A stretch of DNA of 64,000 nucleotides, from positions 2,679 through 66,678 of the forward strand of contig CAYYWX010000012.1 in assembly GCA_964475405.1 (NCBI GenBank), read 5' to 3'. Position 1 is the stretch's first letter; each line of letters starts with the position of its first letter. Positions 17,870 to 27,144 of the stretch are shown here, in pieces. The stretch comes from an uncultured Verrucomicrobiota bacterium. Lineage in GTDB: Bacteria > Verrucomicrobiota > Kiritimatiellia > JAAZAB01. The translations under genes and the position numbers were made by a program. The notes below the pieces were generated by a model. It was given only the letters and a program-made list of their open reading frames with translations. It was not told the origin of the DNA and did no database searches.

Positions 17870-18829
17870 TCACGGCGAAGCCAGGACGAGAAACGAATTG
17901 GCGAAGAAATCAAATTTCCTGTTTTCAACAAGGCTGATCAGGGCGAGTTTTTCGCTGAAGATGCGGTAACGATCGCGGTCGTAATTGGGCGCGTTTTTAA
18001 GGAGATGATTGCTTTCCGGCAGGTAATCGTCGCTGAAAATTTCCTCCGGCAGCTTATAGTCCGGATAGGGATAATAAAAACGTCGGCTGCCAAACCCGGC
18101 ATCCAGCAGCAGGGCGGCAAGCTCGTCGCGCGACCAGGTTTCCGCGGGAGAATCTGCGCGGTATCCCTCAATGCTTTCAAACGAGCGCCCGGAATGATCC
18201 TCGCGCGCGCCGGCGAAATATTTCAGGCCGAACTTGTTTTCAAGCGCCACGAACAGAATTCCATCCGGCTTCAAGAGCGTCCGGCAGAGCTTCAGTAATT
18301 TCAAGGCCGGCGCTTCCCCATTCCCGGGCGTGACAAACGAGCGGGCATATTCCAAGACCCCGACCAGCGTAATGTAATCAAACTTGCCATCTAGCATCTC
18401 CGCCACAGGCGGAGATGCTAGCCTCGGCGGAGCCTTTGGCGAAGCCTGGGCCGGCCACCGTAAATCGGCAATATTGCCGGCAATGATTTCCAGGTTCTCG
18501 TTCCGGCGGCAACGCTCATAAATGATCCGGCTGCGCCGGGCGGAAAGCTCCACGGCGGTTACTTTTGCCGTCTTTTCGGCAAAGAGCCCGGTCAGCGCGC
18601 CGCATCCGGCGCCGATTTCCAGTAAATTGCCGTCCTTGTTGAATGGAAACCATTCCAGGAGATTCCGGCGATCCGGGGCAAGATGATACAGGACCGGCCA
18701 GCGCTTGTCCTGGCGCAGGACGGCGGAAGCGTCGCCGCCGGCCTTGAACAGGGCCAGCAGCTCGTCCTCAACCGCGCCGTCCGAATACAAATCGTCGCCC
18801 CGGTGATGTTCTGTGATCAATGTTGCCAT
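17870..18829 (-). CDS. Class I SAM-dependent methyltransferase (glycan-locus type) with an in-frame REP insert
   Basis: LEIGAGCGALT, FDYITLVGVLEY, ENKFGLKYFAG, YYPYPDYKLP. Confidence 0.88.
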   Translation of the reverse strand: MATLITEHHRGDDLYSDGAVEDELLALFKAGGDASAVLRQDKRWPVLYHLAPDRRNLLEWFPFNKDGNLLEIGAGCGALTGLFAEKTAKVTAVELSARRSRIIYERCRRNENLEIIAGNIADLRWPAQASPKAPPRLASPPVAEMLDGKFDYITLVGVLEYARSFVTPGNGEAPALKLLKLCRTLLKPDGILFVALENKFGLKYFAGAREDHSGRSFESIEGYRADSPAETWSRDELAALLLDAGFGSRRFYYPYPDYKLPEEIFSDDYLPESNHLLKNAPNYDRDRYRIFSEKLALISLVENRKFDFFANSFLVLASP

Positions 18830-18844
18830 GTCATTTTTTTAGCA

Positions 18845-18927
18845 GGCACAAAGGGACAAAGTGGCAAAGGCACAAAGTGAAATATTCGCCAATCCGTTCT
18901 CTTCTGCCTGTGTGCCTTCTGCCTTTC
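18845..18927. repeat. Inverted 8-mer arrays (GGCACAAA / TGTGCCTT)
   Basis: ggcacaaa gggacaaa gtggcaaa ggcacaaa ... ctgcctgtgtgccttctgcct; same family at about 11146-11180. Confidence 0.7.
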
Positions 18928-20178
18928 TTATGCTTTTATTGGAATAACTGTAACCCTGCTGCCAAGATCATACAATCCCACCATGGGCATGGAAGAAGAA
19001 ACTTCAAACAAAATGGCGTCGTAAAGACGGTGATAGACCGCCAGGCCGTTATCATCGCTCCCGACACATCCCAGCGACAGGGCGTATTTGCCGGATTGCA
19101 TGTTAAGAATTTGCTCGAATTGCACCTCAACCAGGTCACCCTGGCGAAAAGAGCCGGTTAATTTTTTATCCTTAAATTCCGTATTTGTGCCGGTCACTTC
19201 AAGCCCTTTCAGGTCCTTGATTGTAAAGGCAAAAATGGGATCGGCAATATCGGCCTCAAATTTTACTTTCATTTTAATCGTAAACTTTCCGCCGTTTTCC
19301 AAAAGGCGCGTTTGCCGCCCCTTGTCGTCATAAAGCCCGCAATCCACGATACGCGCTTTCTGGTTGCCGTAAGAAAGCGCGTCCGAGCCGGACTGGCGGT
19401 CCGAGCCGGACGGGCGGCGGACGGATATCCCGCCATCGGCGGGGGCGCAACCGGCCATAATCTGCTTGTAGGCGTCAACCGCCTCCTTCGGGTCGGCCTC
19501 CGCGACCAGGCGCCCTTTTTCCAGCACGATGGCCCTGTCGCAATAACGGATGACGGTATCCAGGGCGTGGGTCACGAATATGACCGTCTTGCCGTCCTCC
19601 CTGAACTTGGCGAGTTTGCGGAAGCACTTGGACTGGAAATTCATGTCACCCACCGCGAGGGCCTCGTCCACGAGGAGAATATCGGGGTCAACGCTGATCG
19701 CGACGGCAAAGGCCAGGCGGACGAACATGCCGCTGGAATAAGTGCGCACCGGCTGGTCCAGGTAATCGCCGATTCCGGCGAAATCCACGATTTCATCGAG
19801 CCTTTTGTCAATCTCGCGCCGGGTGTAACCCATGATCGCACCGCTGAAATAAATGTTTTCCAGCCCGGTCATCAACGGATTAAACCCGGCGCCCAGCTCA
19901 AGCAGTGCCGCCACCCTGCCCCGGACATCCAGGGTGCCGCCGGTCGGCGTCAGTATGCCGGCGATAATTTTGAGCAGGGTTGACTTGCCGGACCCGTTGC
20001 GGCCGATCACGCCGAGCGTTTCGCCCTGTTTGGCGCACAAGGAAACGTCATGCAGCGCGTAAAAATCCTGGTGATATTTGCGTCCCGGCAAAACGATCTC
20101 CTTCACCCGGTCCACATGCCGGTGATAGAGGCGGTAGATTTTGCTGATTTTATCAATATTTAATGCTGGATTATTCAT
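18928..20178 (-). CDS. wzt: Polysaccharide ABC transporter ATP-binding protein Wzt with C-terminal carbohydrate-binding domain
   Basis: GRNGSGKST, YSSGM signature, DEALAVGD, Wzt_C-like extension. Confidence 0.93.
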   Translation of the reverse strand: MNNPALNIDKISKIYRLYHRHVDRVKEIVLPGRKYHQDFYALHDVSLCAKQGETLGVIGRNGSGKSTLLKIIAGILTPTGGTLDVRGRVAALLELGAGFNPLMTGLENIYFSGAIMGYTRREIDKRLDEIVDFAGIGDYLDQPVRTYSSGMFVRLAFAVAISVDPDILLVDEALAVGDMNFQSKCFRKLAKFREDGKTVIFVTHALDTVIRYCDRAIVLEKGRLVAEADPKEAVDAYKQIMAGCAPADGGISVRRPSGSDRQSGSDALSYGNQKARIVDCGLYDDKGRQTRLLENGGKFTIKMKVKFEADIADPIFAFTIKDLKGLEVTGTNTEFKDKKLTGSFRQGDLVEVQFEQILNMQSGKYALSLGCVGSDDNGLAVYHRLYDAILFEVSSSMPMVGLYDLGSRVTVIPIKA

Positions 20179-21457
20179 CTGCGACCGACTGATCTAAAAT
20201 CCATTTATAAACAGAGCGCACTTTGATCGCCTTGCCCTCCGAGACGATCTCTTCTTCGCTATCCTCTGTCAAAATAAGCGCTTTTTTCAACCGGAGCTCA
20301 TCCATGGCTTTCAGAAGAGCGGAAATCTCCCTTTGTCTCGTTTTTTCATGATCCAGATGATCCGCAACCTGGATCAACCTCATGTCCTTCCTTCCGATCT
20401 TAACGAGGAAATCAACTTCCAGGTTGTTCGCAGTCTTATAATAATATATTTCCGAAAACTTGCGCCGGAGTTCAAGAAACACCAGGTTTTCCAGGAATTT
20501 GCCCCGATTCTTGGAAAACTGAAACGCCACCGAGTCCGCCAATCCGTTGTCAATGCAATAGATTTTCTTAAGGGCCACGAACTGCTCCTTGAGAGAATAG
20601 GAGAATTTGCCAATAAGAAATATCAAATAGCTGTTTTCCAAATAATCCGCGTAACTCTTGATAGTATTCATGCTGCCAACGCCCAGGACATTTTTCAGAT
20701 TATTATAAGAAAATGTCCCGCCGATATTGCTCAAGAGATACAGTCCCAGTTCGCGCAACGGTTTCACCTGCTTGATACCATAGCGCGCCACAATGTCGCG
20801 ATAAAGAATGTCCTCGTAAACGCGCTTTAAAAGCGACACCTCCCGATACTTCAGATATTCCGGCATACCGCCATGCTTGAGATATTCGTCAAAATGTCTT
20901 TTTATGGAGGCCCGTTCCGTGGTCAGGGACAGACTATTCTTGGACAAAGAAACCCCCTGAAACGCAAGATACTCGACGAACGAGAACGGAAACAATTCCA
21001 CGCTCACGTTCCGGCCGGTTAATTTCGTGCCGAGCTCTTTACTGAGCAGCGAAGCGTTGGAGCCGGTAATGAAAAACTTGCATCCCTTGCCCTGCATCCG
21101 GCGCACAAACATTTCCCATTGCGGCACGTTCTGAACTTCATCAAAGAAAAAAATCCGCCGCTCCCCGTACAACTCAAGAAAAACCTCATAGAGGCGATTA
21201 AAATCTTCCACGCCAAAATTAACAAGACGTTCATCCTCGAAATTAAGGTAATAAATGCCTTTGCCATAGAGATGGCCGATCACCTGATCCAACAACGTTG
21301 ACTTGCCGCAACGGCGCACCCCCGAAACCACCACCGCGTGCGGCAAAGAGGCATGGCGCAAAGCAACGTCCAGCACGGTCCTGGGTATGCCGGCCACGAC
21401 AGCCAGCCTGTCTTTTTCCTGCTCCAGGACAATTTCTTTTAATAAACTTTTTTGCAT
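20171..21457 (-). CDS. AAA_14 ATPase with DUF4143 (PD-(D/E)xK-like) C-terminus
   Basis: GVRRCGKST, FDEVQ, TGSNASLL, GGMPE, KKIYCIDNGL, EVDF...IQV. Confidence 0.92.
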   Translation of the reverse strand: MQKSLLKEIVLEQEKDRLAVVAGIPRTVLDVALRHASLPHAVVVSGVRRCGKSTLLDQVIGHLYGKGIYYLNFEDERLVNFGVEDFNRLYEVFLELYGERRIFFFDEVQNVPQWEMFVRRMQGKGCKFFITGSNASLLSKELGTKLTGRNVSVELFPFSFVEYLAFQGVSLSKNSLSLTTERASIKRHFDEYLKHGGMPEYLKYREVSLLKRVYEDILYRDIVARYGIKQVKPLRELGLYLLSNIGGTFSYNNLKNVLGVGSMNTIKSYADYLENSYLIFLIGKFSYSLKEQFVALKKIYCIDNGLADSVAFQFSKNRGKFLENLVFLELRRKFSEIYYYKTANNLEVDFLVKIGRKDMRLIQVADHLDHEKTRQREISALLKAMDELRLKKALILTEDSEEEIVSEGKAIKVRSVYKWILDQSVADE

Positions 21458-21467
21458 GATTTAACTT

Positions 21468-21527
21468 TCAACGTTCTCAATTCAAACGAGAACATATCAT
21501 GCTTAGCTTTCATTGTCAATGAGAACA
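21468..21527 (-). promoter_or_regulatory. Promoter with palindromic operators upstream of the AAA_14 gene
   Basis: TTGACA-17 nt-TATGTT; palindromes GTTCTC(N9)GAGAAC and TTCTCATTG/CAATGAAA overlap the promoter. Confidence 0.6.
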
Positions 21528-21646
21528 TTAAAAACCAAATACGACTGATGCTGCGCGACCAAAATATGAAATTTCCGGTTTAAAGTCCATATTCCGCACA
21601 CATGCCTGTCAAATGCCGGATGCTAATCATGGGACTATAATATTTT

Positions 21647-23557
21647 TCACAATCGGCTTGCTGCTTGTGAAATATTGGATTGGGGAGATACGTAACTGGG
21701 AATAATAATTTTCAACAGCCTCCGGGCCTCATCCGGAAGTCCAGATTCCGCCGACTTGAGAAGCTGTTCCACAAGGGAGGTTAATTGAGCTTCACCACTT
21801 TGGTCACTTTCGCGCTGTTCTCCGGTCGCCTGGGATTGATCACCGGCCACAAAGATTTTATCGTGGCGCGTGCGGCGGTAATCTTCTCCGTCACGGAAAA
21901 GTTCTTCAAACAGCTTTTCGCCCGGCCGGAGACCGGTATATACGATTTCAATATCCCGCCCGACCTCTTTGCCGGAGAGCTCAATCAAATCCCGCGCCAG
22001 ATCAACAATTTTCACCGGCTTGCCCATGTCCAGCACGAAAACACCGCTTTGGCATTCAGTGCCGGCCAGGGTAGCCGCCTGCAGCACCAACTGAACCGCC
22101 TCGGGAATGGTCATGAAATAACGCGTTACATCCGGATGGGTCACGGTCACCGGCCCTCCGCGGGCAATCTGTTCGCGGAAAGTAGGCACAACGCTCCCGC
22201 GGCTACCGAGAACATTGCCGAACCGCACGCAAACATAAGGACGCCCGGTGCGCCTGGCCACGGCCTGGACCAATTTTTCGGCAACCCGCTTGGTAGTCCC
22301 CATGATATTGGTCGGATTCACGGCCTTATCGGAGGATATCAGGACAAACCGTTCAATACTGAATTTTTCCGCCATTTGAAGCAAGGTGCGGGTGCCGCCT
22401 ACATTGTTGGTGATCGCATCCTCGCAATTAGACTCCATCATCGGCACGTGCTTATGCGCAGCGGCATGAAATACAACCTGGGGCTTTGTCTGTTCAAACA
22501 CCGCCGTCAGCCTTGGGATATCACGAATATCCGCCACGACAACATCCATGGAAAGTTTCGGCCAATGGCGCCGCATTTCCTGCTCTATTAAAAAGACGCT
22601 GTTTTCCCCGTGACCAAGAAGAATCAATCGGCCGGGCGAACAACGCGCTATCTGGCGGCACAGCTCCGACCCGATTGAACCGCCGGCACCCGTGACCAGC
22701 ACCCGCTTGCCGGACAACATTTTTTCAACATCTTGGGCGTTGATCCGGACAGGGTCCCGGCGCAGAAGGTCTTCAATATCCACGTTGCGCAACTGGTTGA
22801 CGCTGATCTGGCCCGACAGGATCTCATACATGCCCGGCATGGTCCGCGACGGCACTCCGGCGGCCTCGCACAAGGTCCTGATCTCACGAATCACGTTGCC
22901 GGGCGCGGTGGGAATGGCGATCACCACTTCCTCAACATCATATTGCTTCACCAGCCGGGGGATATCCTTGCGCTTGCCCAGGACGGGAATCCCATGAATG
23001 GATTTTTTCTGCTTTTTAGGATCGTCATCCACGAATCCGACCGGGTCTATGTTAATCTGCCGGCTGGAGAGCATTTCGCGCGAAATCACGGCGCCGGCGT
23101 CACCGGCGCCCACAATCAGAACGGCCTTGCTGTTGTTTTTTTGCTCGTTGCTCCGGCGCTTGTGGGCCGCGACCCGCACGCTGAAACGCGAGCCGCCGAC
23201 CACCACCATGGTCAGCAACCCGTCAATGAACGGTATCGAGCGCGGAAGACTTCTGCCGGCATCCAGGCCAAGAATGCCGCCGCCAAAGAACAGACCCGCG
23301 ACAATCAGCGTGGCGCTGCCGACCGCAAGGATAATGCTGACCAATTCATCCACGCTGGCATAGCGCCAGTAACGGCGATAAAGGCCGAACATGAAAAAAA
23401 CGGGCAACTTGACTGCCAACGCCAAAATAGTGAAATGGATCAAGGCCGGCTGATAACTTGCGACCCATGACGCGCTGTCCACCCTCAGCGCCAAGGCAAG
23501 AATCGGCATGAGCGATAGCAAGACGATATCCAGCAAAAAGAAATGACGATTACGCAT
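21647..23557 (-). CDS. Membrane-bound nucleotide-sugar 4,6-dehydratase (PglF/CapD/WbpM family)
   Basis: 4 N-terminal TMs, GAGDAG, TGAGGSIGSE, HAAAHKHVP, DKAVNPTNIMGTTKR, RFGNVLGSRGSV. Confidence 0.95.
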   Translation of the reverse strand: MRNRHFFLLDIVLLSLMPILALALRVDSASWVASYQPALIHFTILALAVKLPVFFMFGLYRRYWRYASVDELVSIILAVGSATLIVAGLFFGGGILGLDAGRSLPRSIPFIDGLLTMVVVGGSRFSVRVAAHKRRSNEQKNNSKAVLIVGAGDAGAVISREMLSSRQINIDPVGFVDDDPKKQKKSIHGIPVLGKRKDIPRLVKQYDVEEVVIAIPTAPGNVIREIRTLCEAAGVPSRTMPGMYEILSGQISVNQLRNVDIEDLLRRDPVRINAQDVEKMLSGKRVLVTGAGGSIGSELCRQIARCSPGRLILLGHGENSVFLIEQEMRRHWPKLSMDVVVADIRDIPRLTAVFEQTKPQVVFHAAAHKHVPMMESNCEDAITNNVGGTRTLLQMAEKFSIERFVLISSDKAVNPTNIMGTTKRVAEKLVQAVARRTGRPYVCVRFGNVLGSRGSVVPTFREQIARGGPVTVTHPDVTRYFMTIPEAVQLVLQAATLAGTECQSGVFVLDMGKPVKIVDLARDLIELSGKEVGRDIEIVYTGLRPGEKLFEELFRDGEDYRRTRHDKIFVAGDQSQATGEQRESDQSGEAQLTSLVEQLLKSAESGLPDEARRLLKIIIPSYVSPQSNISQAASRL

Positions 23558-23609
23558 ATGATTGGATCAATTTTGTTTTACGAATATGTCACTATAATTA
23601 GGAAATATA

Positions 23610-25865
23610 TCAACGGACTTCGTATATTACAACCTGATTTTGGGTCCAGATTTTCCGGAACTTCCCCGGATTGGATTCAAGGTAACTTTTCACTTCGGCG
23701 GAATAATACCGGCTGAAATCCAGAATATTTTCCGGCCAATGTTTGGCAATTTTGCCCGTGACGCTCAAGGGGCCGGGACGGCAATTGATTATTATAACGC
23801 CACGGTCATGGAGATATTTCCAGGAGGGTTCCGGCTGTTCTGTTTCCGGGGTTTTGGAATTAAGCCATTTTGGCGACGTTGTATTAACTTTCGGGCAACA
23901 GCGCACCATAATTCTGGAGGTGAAAGCATCCGTCAGTACCAGTTTGTTTGTAAATTTTTCAATAAACCCGCCCATATCATCCCACGACTGGTAATCGGTG
24001 ATTTTTCGCAAAGTATAAATCTTGCTGTAGGGCGCGTAAATGCCGGCCGCATTCAGCGGGAATACCAGCCCTATCAATCCGGCAAGGACCAGAAGGCATC
24101 CAACGATTTTAAGCCCCCCCCATATTGGAGAGGCAAACGCAACGGAAAGAGTTCGTTTTTTTTGGAAATATTCACGCACATTACCCGAAAAATAAATGAA
24201 AAGATAACCGACGATAAACGGCAACGGGATGATGTAATTAAAACGGTACAACGCCATGTCCTGCCCCACCCTGGACATCATATCAATCATCAAGGGATTG
24301 AAAGCCGTCAAAAGAGGAACGAGAACCATGCCCGCGACCAGATAAGGCATTTTGATAAACCGGCAACACATCAGGATAAACAAGAGATAAACAAAAAGCC
24401 CCCAGCATCCCACTACCTGATAAAATACAAAGAGCTGATATGCCGCCAGCCGTAACCAGGGATTTGAAGGCGGGCTGATCATCAGATCCCGGAAAATAAA
24501 ATTAACCGGCTCCGGCGGAATGCCCACGTTCGGCATGATCATGTTGGCGGAAATCCAAGGTAAAGATTTTAAATACCGGATGGCGGCAAAGCCGGCGAAA
24601 AAGACAAGGAGAAGAAGAGCCGTTAAAATTACGGATTTCCATTCTTTGATCGGCCAAGGATGGCCTACCCACCCCTGCCCCTCCTCGCCTCGGCGAAGCC
24701 TGGGCCGGGAGAGGATCGCAAGCAGTTCCCCTCCTTTGGAGGGGTGGCCAGCGGCCGGGGTGGGTAGGACCTTATTCGTCTCTACATGTGGCCAAAATAT
24801 TCTTATCGTTTCCACAATCCCCAGCGCCAAGGTCATGAAAAAGATAAATAATGTTTCCTGGGCGTGAATCAAGCCCGTCACCAGCAACAATACCGGCGCG
24901 ATCCAGAGCGCATGCCCGAATAAACGGCTGGAACGCAGCCATGCAATAATAACAACCATGGCCGCAAGAAAGAGGCCGTAATTGAGAATAGTGGGCGCGA
25001 AGGCATAGTAACGGATATATGCAAACACCATAAAACCCATCGTGGCGGCTGAAAAAAGCGACGCGAAAGCCGCCATGAGCATTTTCTTCATCGCGCTGAC
25101 ACGCAACCCGGCAAATAAATACAAGCCGAAATAATAGATTGCCAAGAGAAATGTCAGGACATTGACAAAAGTCAGGACATTAAGGGAATCCATGATTGCC
25201 AGGCCGGAAACCTCGCTGAGCCAGGCATGGATAAAATACCAATGAATGACATACCTGTAAGGACCTTCGGTGATAAAGAAATTTTTAACCGATATGCCTG
25301 GCTGAAAACAGCCATTGTCTATCGCGGCCAATTTCTGCCATTGAAACCGGCGGATGTGTTCCCAGGCATCCGAGGGGATTTCAAGATAGATACCGGCATA
25401 GGCCAGGTATCCGCAAATCACTCCGGCCAGGACAAGGGGAACGATCAGGCGGGAGGTCAAACGACGGCGGATCAATCCAGATCGCATGCTACTGCCCATC
25501 CTTCGCCCTGTAGTTAAGCGAAGCGCATACTGCAGGGCTACGGAGGGTAAAAGTGGGGCGGCTACAGGTTTTGTAGCCACGGCACTCTGCTGCCGTGACT
25601 GATTGTTATTTCCATGCGTAAATATTTTGACCACCGCCCAAACAGCCAACAGCACCCATTCCAGCAGGACACACCACTGCCAGCGGGCTATCGGCTGGGC
25701 ATAATACTCAAACGGCAGGAGCGTAAGGACGAGGAGCGAATAGGAAAGCGCGAATGAAAGCAAAAAACGGAATTTTTTCAGCCCCAGGATGACGGTGATA
25801 AAAAATCCCGGCAGGAAAAACAGGGCGACAAACAACTCAAGATAAATGACATTTGCACAAAACAT
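23610..25865 (-). CDS. Large polytopic membrane protein, probable GT-C glycosyltransferase, with two in-frame REP inserts
   Basis: >10 hydrophobic segments, SDAWEH loop after the early TMs, soluble C-terminal domain; inserts at 24664-24768 and 25491-25597. Confidence 0.65.
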   Translation of the reverse strand: MFCANVIYLELFVALFFLPGFFITVILGLKKFRFLLSFALSYSLLVLTLLPFEYYAQPIARWQWCVLLEWVLLAVWAVVKIFTHGNNNQSRQQSAVATKPVAAPLLPSVALQYALRLTTGRRMGSSMRSGLIRRRLTSRLIVPLVLAGVICGYLAYAGIYLEIPSDAWEHIRRFQWQKLAAIDNGCFQPGISVKNFFITEGPYRYVIHWYFIHAWLSEVSGLAIMDSLNVLTFVNVLTFLLAIYYFGLYLFAGLRVSAMKKMLMAAFASLFSAATMGFMVFAYIRYYAFAPTILNYGLFLAAMVVIIAWLRSSRLFGHALWIAPVLLLVTGLIHAQETLFIFFMTLALGIVETIRIFWPHVETNKVLPTPAAGHPSKGGELLAILSRPRLRRGEEGQGWVGHPWPIKEWKSVILTALLLLVFFAGFAAIRYLKSLPWISANMIMPNVGIPPEPVNFIFRDLMISPPSNPWLRLAAYQLFVFYQVVGCWGLFVYLLFILMCCRFIKMPYLVAGMVLVPLLTAFNPLMIDMMSRVGQDMALYRFNYIIPLPFIVGYLFIYFSGNVREYFQKKRTLSVAFASPIWGGLKIVGCLLVLAGLIGLVFPLNAAGIYAPYSKIYTLRKITDYQSWDDMGGFIEKFTNKLVLTDAFTSRIMVRCCPKVNTTSPKWLNSKTPETEQPEPSWKYLHDRGVIIINCRPGPLSVTGKIAKHWPENILDFSRYYSAEVKSYLESNPGKFRKIWTQNQVVIYEVR

Positions 25866-25974
25866 GCGTATAAATATTTAAGCCTGTTAGATTGTAGGCT
25901 GAAGGCTATTAGTCATAGCATGATTTCCGCCTGCTCGCCTTTGGCGAAAAATACGTTCGGTTAGACTTCAGATT

Positions 25975-26208
25975 TTATGACAGTCTCCGGTGAAATAAAG
26001 CCTGTTGTTCTTCAAATCCGGAATGGCTTGACGGAACATGATGTCGCAATGCCGACTCAAAGGCATCATCAAGATTTTCAATGGCCTGCCGGGTATTAGC
26101 ATGGCGGATTTCCTCCCGGCGCATATGCTCCAACTCCACTCCAGCCAACTGCCAGCGCCTGACCCACTGACGCATATCTTTGTTGTCTTTGTCACATGTT
26201 GTTTGCAT
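25975..26208 (-). CDS. Small hypothetical protein resembling partners of nucleotidyltransferase TA-like cassettes (orphan)
   Basis: 77 aa, WVRRW...LE..RREEIR...SG.EEQQALF pattern; own AT-rich upstream region. Confidence 0.6.
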   Translation of the reverse strand: MQTTCDKDNKDMRQWVRRWQLAGVELEHMRREEIRHANTRQAIENLDDAFESALRHHVPSSHSGFEEQQALFHRRLS

Positions 26209-26326
26209 TTGTTTTCATGTTACCATAACAGAAATATTTATCAATGACAGACTCACCCGCCTTCGCCTGATCGCTAGCGGTGGCAAATCAGCAGAGCCTA
26301 ACAGCCTACAGCCTATTCACCTGGTT

Positions 26327-27007
26327 TCAGAATGGAGCAACCCCGTACCGCCGCCAGTAAAGGGCCGTTTTAATCGCTTCATTGACCACCGATACAAGTC
26401 CTTCCTCATCCCGCCACCAGTTATCGGGGGTAAAAGGCAAGTTGGTTGAACTGCTGATATAAATAATGACGTTCGTGTCGGCCAGACAATGATGCAATAC
26501 ATTCATCGCCCGGCGGGTATGATACCAGCTTGTCACCACGATTAACGACTTGATTTTCTTTTCCTTGACCAATGCCGCAATTGATTTTCCATCCTCAAAC
26601 GTGCTGGTGGAAGGCAATAATTTAATTTTTTCCTTCGGCACCCCATAGCGCGCGGCAAAATTCAAGGCCATTTCCGAATCCATGAAATCGGACCGCGTTT
26701 CAAGCGGCTTATCCCCGGTATACCAAATCTCGGGCGCCATCCCGCGCTTATATAATTCAAAACCATGGCATAAGCGCTCCGGACCGCCGCCGGACAGGAT
26801 GGCGATGGCGTCGGCATTCGCGACTTTTGTCTGTACGAAAAACCAATGACCGATTGCCGGAAGCCACGTCCCGGCGGTGCTGACAACCAGGAAGGCCAGC
26901 ACAAAGACCGCATATAACAGCGTGAAAAGGAATCGTTTGGAAGTGCCGGCGCTATTTGACGAATCTGTTTTCATTCCATTCCGGTTCAATATTTTGAAGG
27001 AGTGCAC
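26327..27007 (-). CDS. YdcF/ElyC (DUF218) family protein
   Basis: ADAIAILSGG, STFED, VVTSWYHTRRA, WW..E. Confidence 0.9.
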   Translation of the reverse strand: MHSFKILNRNGMKTDSSNSAGTSKRFLFTLLYAVFVLAFLVVSTAGTWLPAIGHWFFVQTKVANADAIAILSGGGPERLCHGFELYKRGMAPEIWYTGDKPLETRSDFMDSEMALNFAARYGVPKEKIKLLPSTSTFEDGKSIAALVKEKKIKSLIVVTSWYHTRRAMNVLHHCLADTNVIIYISSSTNLPFTPDNWWRDEEGLVSVVNEAIKTALYWRRYGVAPF

Positions 27008-27073
27008 GATTTATTCCATTTCTGTTTTGTCGCACCGTTGAACGATCATCTATCCACATCCCGTTGAACCCCC

Positions 27074-27142
27074 AGGGTCTAGGTCCGATGGTTTAAGCCC
27101 ATTGTCTTGTTAATGTCTAGTGTTCCGGGTAGGTTTGACCCT
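27074..27142. repeat. GGGTC...GACCC-type REP-like inverted pair
   Basis: agggtctaggtc ... ggtttaagccc ... ggtttgaccct. Confidence 0.4.
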
Positions 27143-27144
27143 GA

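Noticed and set aside
25940-26310. Integron attC sites (GTCTAAC after a stop, GTTAGGC upstream)
   Set aside because: No paired R''/R' boxes with L-box symmetry; GTTAGGC is part of a heptamer array; no intI in the window
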